From the IMG/VR virus record IMGVR_UViG_3300047094_001085: DNA of 20,000 bases. One strand, written 5' to 3'. This DNA comes from an uncultured virus (IMG/VR IMGVR_UViG_3300047094_001085) (lineage: Duplodnaviria; Heunggongvirae; Uroviricota; Caudoviricetes). Each line of letters starts with the position of its first letter. Positions within the stretch are counted from its first letter, which is position 1. Positions 16,501-20,000 of the stretch are shown here, piece after piece. The notes under the pieces were generated by a model. That model ran no database searches, was not told the origin of the DNA, and saw only the letters and a program-made list of their open reading frames with translations. Both the position numbers and the translations under genes were made by a program.

Positions 16501-19500
16501 GGTTCAAGCGGGACAAGTGGTTCTTCAGGTATAGATGGAACATCGGGCTCAAGTGGAACAAGTGGTTCTTCAGGTATAGATGGTACAAGTGGTTCTTCAG
16601 GAACATCAGGTTTAAGCGGTGTTGACGGAACAAGTGGTACATCAGGTTCTTCAGGAACATCAGGTTCTTCAGGTATAGATGGCACATCAGGTACTTCAGG
16701 TTCATCAGGAACTAGTGGTATAGATGGTACATCAGGTTCAAGTGGAACAAGTGGTTCTTCAGGTTCTAGTGGTACATCAGGTTCTAGTGGTACATCAGGT
16801 TCTAGTGGTACATCAGGTACAAGTGGTTCTTCAGGAACATCAGGTTCAAGTGGAACAAGTGGTTCTTCAGGAACTTCAGGTTCTTCAGGTATTGACGGAA
16901 CTAGTGGAACAAGTGGTTCATCAGGAACAAGTGGTTCGTCAGGAACTTCAGGTTCAAGCGGAATAGACGGCACATCAGGTTCAAGTGGTTCATCAGGAAC
17001 ATCAGGTTCAAGTGGAATAGATGGGACATCAGGAACATCAGGTTCTTCAGGAACTTCGGGTTCAAGTGGGACTTCAGGTTCAAGTGGGACATCAGGTTCA
17101 AGTGGTGTAGATGGAACTTCAGGTTCAAGTGGGACTAGTGGTTCTTCAGGAACGTCAGGTACAAGTGGTTCTTCAGGAACGTCAGGCTCTTCAGGAACTT
17201 CGGGGACTTCAGGTTCTTCGGGGACTTCAGGTTCTTCGGGAACAAGCGGGTCGTCAGGGACTTCAGGTTCAAGTGGTATAGATGGTACGTCAGGAACAAG
17301 TGGGTCTTCAGGTTCTTCGGGCACAAGTGGTTCTTCAGGAACTTCAGGTTCTTCAGGTATTGACGGAACTAGTGGTACAAGTGGCTCTTCAGGAACATCA
17401 GGTTCAAGTGGTTCATCAGGAACATCAGGTTCAAGTGGAACTAGTGGTTCATCAGGAACATCAGGTACAAGTGGTTCTTCAGGTACAAGTGGTTCTTCAG
17501 GAACATCAGGAACTAGTGGTTCTTCGGGAACATCAGGTTCTTCAGGAACATCAGGAACTAGTGGTTCTTCGGGAACATCAGGTTCTTCAGGTACAAGTGG
17601 TACATCAGGCTCAAGTGGAACATCAGGTTCTTCAGGGATTAATGGAACTTCGGGGACTTCAGGTTCTTCAGGAACATCGGGTTCAAGTGGTACGTCAGGT
17701 TCAAGTGGTACTGATGGTGGTAATCTAACAGCGTCTAACTATGTTGCTAAAGGTGTTAAAGGTGGTACAGCTCAAACTATAACAAATGGGTCTGACCAAG
17801 TCGTAACATTTGTTGATGAATTTGACCCTCAAGGGTGGATTACATCTAATAAGTTTCAACCAACAATTGCGGGATATTATAATATTCAAGTTGCTGTATG
17901 GTGGAATCCTGCGTCAACAACAACAGGTCAAAACAATATTCAGATTAGAAAAAATGGTAGTACACAAGTCGCAATTCAACAATCACCACTTGTGACTACT
18001 GAAGGGTATGGTCAAGAAATTGACATTATAGTGTATTTTAACGGTACAACAGATTATGTTGAAGTCACCGCTTATACATCTAACCCAACATCTCAAAATA
18101 TAAACGGAGCTTCTTCAGGTACTTGGATTACAGGGTCATTAATTGTTGGTGGTGGAACAAGTGGAACAAGTGGTTCTTCAGGAACATCAGGGTCTAGTGG
18201 TACATCAGGAACATCAGGTTCAAGTGGAACTTCAGGTTCTTCAGGGGTAAATGGTACTTCAGGAACATCAGGTTCAAGTGGTTCGTCAGGAACTTCAGGT
18301 TCAAGTGGAACAAGTGGTTCTTCAGGTAATAGTGGAACTTCAGGAACATCAGGGTCTAGTGGGACAAGTGGTTCATCAGGAACTTCAGGAACATCAGGTT
18401 CTAGCGGTACAAGTGGTTCATCAGGTACATCAGGAACATCAGGTTCTAGCGGTACAAGTGGTTCATCAGGTACATCAGGAACATCAGGTTCAAGTGGAAC
18501 AAGTGGTTCATCAGGAACTTCAGGAACATCAGGTTCAAGTGGAACAAGTGGTTCATCAGGTAATAGTGGAACTTCGGGAACTTCAGGTTCAAGTGGAACA
18601 AGTGGTTCTTCAGGTAATAGTGGAACTTCGGGAACTTCAGGTTCAAGTGGAACAAGTGGTTCTTCAGGTAATAGTGGAACTTCGGGAACTTCAGGTTCAA
18701 GTGGAACAAGTGGTTCATCAGGGTCTAGTGGAACAAGTGGTTCATCAGGTTCAAGTGGAACAAGTGGTTCATCAGGTTCTAGCGGTACAAGTGGTTCATC
18801 AGGTAATAGTGGAACTTCAGGGACATCCGGTTCATCAGGGACAAGTGGTTCTTCAGGTAATAGTGGAACGTCAGGTACTTCAGGTTCTAGCGGTACAAGT
18901 GGTTCATCAGGTAATAGTGGAACGTCAGGTACTTCAGGTTCTAGCGGTACAAGTGGTTCATCAGGTAATAGTGGAACTTCAGGGACATCCGGTTCATCAG
19001 GGACAAGTGGTTCATCAGGTTCAAGTGGAACTAGCGGTTCTTCAGGTAATAGCGGAACTTCAGGAACTTCAGGTTCAAGTGGTACAAGCGGTTCATCAGG
19101 AACTTCAGGTTCTAGCGGTACAAGTGGTTCGTCAGGTAATAGTGGAACGTCAGGTACTTCAGGTTCTAGCGGAACAAGTGGTTCATCAGGTTCTAGCGGT
19201 ACAAGTGGTTCATCAGGGTCTAGTGGAACTAGCGGTTCTTCAGGTAATAGCGGAACTTCAGGAACTTCAGGTTCTTCAGGTAATAGTGGAACTTCAGGAA
19301 CATCAGGGTCTAGTGGAACAAGTGGTTCATCAGGTTCAAGTGGAACTAGCGGTTCTTCAGGTAATAGCGGAACTTCAGGAACTTCAGGTTCAAGTGGAAC
19401 AAGTGGTTCTTCAGGAACATCAGGTTCAAGCGGTACTAGCGGTTCATCAGGTAATAGTGGAACATCGGGAACTAGCGGTTCTTCAGGTAATAGTGGAACT

Positions 19501-20000
19501 TCGGGAACAAGTGGTTCATCAGGAACATCAGGTTCGTCAGGTAATAGTGGAACTTCAGGAACTTCAGGTTCGTCAGGTAATAGTGGAACTTCGGGAACAA
19601 GTGGTTCATCAGGAACATCAGGTTCTTCAGGTAATAGTGGGACTTCAGGAACATCAGGTTCGTCAGGTAATAGTGGAACTTCGGGAACAAGTGGTTCATC
19701 AGGAACATCAGGTTCTTCAGGTACTAGTGGGACTTCAGGAACTTCAGGTTCAAGTGGAACAAGTGGTTCATCAGGAACATCAGGTTCGTCAGGTAATAGT
19801 GGAACTTCGGGAACAAGTGGTTCATCAGGAACATCAGGTTCTTCAGGTAATAGTGGGACTTCAGGAACATCAGGTTCGTCAGGTAATAGTGGAACTTCGG
19901 GAACAAGTGGTTCATCAGGAACATCAGGTTCTTCAGGTAATAGTGGGACTTCAGGAACTTCAGGTTCAAGTGGAACAAGTGGTTCATCAGGAACATCAGG
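13594..20000 (+). CDS. Giant (>2135 aa, 3'-truncated) Pro-free Gly-X-Y repeat fibre protein with CBM5/12-like, unassigned beta and C1q-like domains
   Basis: Manual frame +1 translation from ATG 13594: MANIPISQLPQAF...GTSGTSGTSGTSGKSFIWKGTWSPSINYDDGDVVYYNGSSYLA...W, then (G-T/S-S)n blocks. No in-frame stop seen up to 20000. Missing from the ORF track, presumably because it has no stop in the window. Confidence 0.93.
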   Translation, partial: MANIPISQLPQAFSAYPESLLVIVNYDLVPTGQTNYIYYSALTAQFSSGTSGTSGTSGTSGKSFIWKGTWSPSINYDDGDVVYYNGSSYLATTTIPSGGGAPDTNFNWGLIAQAGTSGTSGSSGIDGTSGTSGIDGTSGTSGTDGTSGSSGSSGISGSSGTSGSSGTSGSSGIDGTSGTSGTGGSSGTSGSSGTSGLSGTSGSSGTSGSSGTSGSSGINGTSGTSGSSGINGTSGSSGSSGTNGTSGSSGASGSSGTSGSSGTSGSSGIDGTSGSSGTSGSSGTSGSSGTSGSSGIDGTSGTSGSSGTSGIDGTSGSSGTSGSSGTSGTSGSSGTSGSSGIDGTSGSSGTSGSSGTSGTSGSSGTSGSSGTSGSSGVDGTSGSSGTSGSSGTSGVDGTSGSSGTSGTSGSSGTSGSSGTSGSSGVNGTSGTSGSSGTSGSSGTSGLSGVDGTSGSSGTSGSSGTSGSSGIDGTSGSSGIDGTSGTSGSSGSSGTSGSSGTSGSSGTSGTSGSSGSSGIDGTSGSSGTSGSSGTSGSSGTSGTSGSSGTSGSSGTSGSSGTSGSSGTSGIDGTSGSSGTSGTSGSSGTSGSSGIDGTSGSSGTSGSSGTSGSSGVDGTSGSSGTSGSSGTSGSSGTSGSSGTSGSSGTSGIDGTSGSSGTSGSSGTSGSSGTSGSSGTSGTSGSSGTSGSSGSSGTSGSSGVDGTSGSSGTSGSSGTSGSSGTSGTSGSSGESGISAGQVYYFNESQNSDVSGYKVLATDPSGAAQQTVTTNLTGSQQNVMVSDYITPQLGFAVIPGGVQRFHLHYLKPASNDDIDAYVEIQLANSTGTAIGPTITSNVALIGWVSAVIPVEVNVDIVLPTTTIDPTNRMIVRLYLSNNDSTAHSVVYYTEGNSYYSFVLTSVGAIAGTSGTSGSSGTSGSSGTSGTSGSSGTSGSSGIDGTSGSSGTSGSSGTSGSSGIDGTSGSSGTSGSSGTSGSSGIDGTSGSSGTSGSSGIDGTSGSSGTSGLSGVDGTSGTSGSSGTSGSSGIDGTSGTSGSSGTSGIDGTSGSSGTSGSSGSSGTSGSSGTSGSSGTSGTSGSSGTSGSSGTSGSSGTSGSSGIDGTSGTSGSSGTSGSSGTSGSSGIDGTSGSSGSSGTSGSSGIDGTSGTSGSSGTSGSSGTSGSSGTSGSSGVDGTSGSSGTSGSSGTSGTSGSSGTSGSSGTSGTSGSSGTSGSSGTSGSSGTSGSSGIDGTSGTSGSSGSSGTSGSSGTSGSSGIDGTSGTSGSSGTSGSSGSSGTSGSSGTSGSSGTSGTSGSSGTSGSSGTSGTSGSSGTSGSSGTSGTSGSSGTSGSSGTSGTSGSSGTSGSSGINGTSGTSGSSGTSGSSGTSGSSGTDGGNLTASNYVAKGVKGGTAQTITNGSDQVVTFVDEFDPQGWITSNKFQPTIAGYYNIQVAVWWNPASTTTGQNNIQIRKNGSTQVAIQQSPLVTTEGYGQEIDIIVYFNGTTDYVEVTAYTSNPTSQNINGASSGTWITGSLIVGGGTSGTSGSSGTSGSSGTSGTSGSSGTSGSSGVNGTSGTSGSSGSSGTSGSSGTSGSSGNSGTSGTSGSSGTSGSSGTSGTSGSSGTSGSSGTSGTSGSSGTSGSSGTSGTSGSSGTSGSSGTSGTSGSSGTSGSSGNSGTSGTSGSSGTSGSSGNSGTSGTSGSSGTSGSSGNSGTSGTSGSSGTSGSSGSSGTSGSSGSSGTSGSSGSSGTSGSSGNSGTSGTSGSSGTSGSSGNSGTSGTSGSSGTSGSSGNSGTSGTSGSSGTSGSSGNSGTSGTSGSSGTSGSSGSSGTSGSSGNSGTSGTSGSSGTSGSSGTSGSSGTSGSSGNSGTSGTSGSSGTSGSSGSSGTSGSSGSSGTSGSSGNSGTSGTSGSSGNSGTSGTSGSSGTSGSSGSSGTSGSSGNSGTSGTSGSSGTSGSSGTSGSSGTSGSSGNSGTSGTSGSSGNSGTSGTSGSSGTSGSSGNSGTSGTSGSSGNSGTSGTSGSSGTSGSSGNSGTSGTSGSSGNSGTSGTSGSSGTSGSSGTSGTSGTSGSSGTSGSSGTSGSSGNSGTSGTSGSSGTSGSSGNSGTSGTSGSSGNSGTSGTSGSSGTSGSSGNSGTSGTSGSSGTSGSSGTS
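13783..13926 (+). other. CBM5/12 (ChiC-BD)-like small aromatic module within the giant ORF
   Basis: WKGTWSPSINYDDGDVVYYNGSSYLA...P.....W fits the W....Y..GD.V.Y.G..Y.A...P...W pattern. Confidence 0.75.
13936..15798 (+). repeat. Gly-X-Y block 1 (about 207 triplets; GTS/GSS with periodic GID/GVD/GIN/GLS)
   Basis: 1863 nt = 207 x 9. Gly phase is identical at both ends and no interruption was seen by eye. Confidence 0.92.
15799..16311 (+). other. 171-aa non-repetitive beta-rich domain between blocks 1 and 2
   Basis: AGQVYYFNESQ...YKVLATDP...IPGGVQRFHLHY...YVEIQL...DPTNRMIVRLYL...VVYYTEGNSYYSFVLTS. Alternating hydrophobic strands; no family assigned. Confidence 0.7.
16312..17715 (+). repeat. Gly-X-Y block 2 (about 156 triplets)
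   Basis: 1404 nt = 156 x 9, same vocabulary as block 1 (GTS, GSS, GID, GVD). Confidence 0.92.
17725..18153 (+). other. C1q/TNF-like jelly-roll (trimerisation/adhesin) domain, about 143 aa
   Basis: VTF.DEFD....SNKFQPTIAGYYNIQVAV...IRKNG...IVYFNGTTDYVEV.AY...TWITGSLI fits the gC1q pattern F..P..G.Y.F...L.KNG...L..GD.V...F.G.L. Confidence 0.75.
18154..20000 (+). repeat. Gly-X-Y block 3 (>=205 triplets; GTS/GSS/GNS), runs off the window
   Basis: Gly phase is kept from 18154 to 19999. GNS replaces GID/GVD. Confidence 0.92.

Noticed and set aside
13929..19996. Long minus-strand P/E/V/D-rich ORFs (360 aa, 349 aa) and many short 'MFLMNHLF' or 'VVHQEHQ' ORFs
   Set aside because: These are antisense and off-frame shadows of the Gly-X-Y repeat. 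Only frame +1 is continuous and contains the globular domains.
13936..20000. CRISPR array or non-coding satellite
   Set aside because: There is no repeat-spacer alternation. The 9-nt periodicity with synonymous variation indicates protein coding.
1..20000. Alternative genetic code (stop-codon reassignment, seen in some large phages)
   Set aside because: Genes are full-length and tile tightly under code 11, and TGA acts as a stop in ATGA overlaps (638-641, 4730-4733). TAG status cannot be tested from this window.
18154..20000. GNS triplets as N-glycosylation sequons
   Set aside because: The context is N-S-G, not N-X-S/T. Only the few GIN/GVN/GTN-GTS units form sequons, which is expected by chance.
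13594..20000. Diversity-generating retroelement target or template repeats
   Set aside because: There is no reverse transcriptase in the window, and no adenine-specific mismatch pattern was seen between repeat copies.

Overview
AT-rich, gene-dense segment that reads as part of a large (jumbo-type) bacteriophage genome. A Bacteroidota host is an inference from the lack of Shine-Dalgarno sites and a Bacteroidota-like exonuclease. There are three parts. (1) 1-7710 (-): a tightly coupled operon with an extended SDR, an FAD oxidoreductase, four glycosyltransferase-like genes, a TagD-like cytidylyltransferase, dUTPase and a DnaQ-like exonuclease, behind a sigma70-like promoter. (2) 7822-10685 (-): five small genes, mostly hypothetical, including a WYL-domain protein, ending in an intrinsic terminator. 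(3) 10736->20000 (+): putative virion-surface proteins loaded with Ser/Thr. These are a Cys-rich LamG-like protein with PT/poly-T tracts, a small PT-repeat protein, and a giant ORF (>2135 aa, 13594 to beyond the window, missing from the supplied ORF track). The giant ORF has three proline-free (Gly-Thr/Ser-Ser)n blocks of about 207, 156 and >=205 triplets, separated by a CBM5/12-like module, an unassigned beta domain and a C1q/TNF-like domain. Leading hypothesis: a phage-encoded system that O-glycosylates a very long Pro-free collagen-like or polyglycine-II fibre. All family calls come from motif recognition by eye; no database searches were run.
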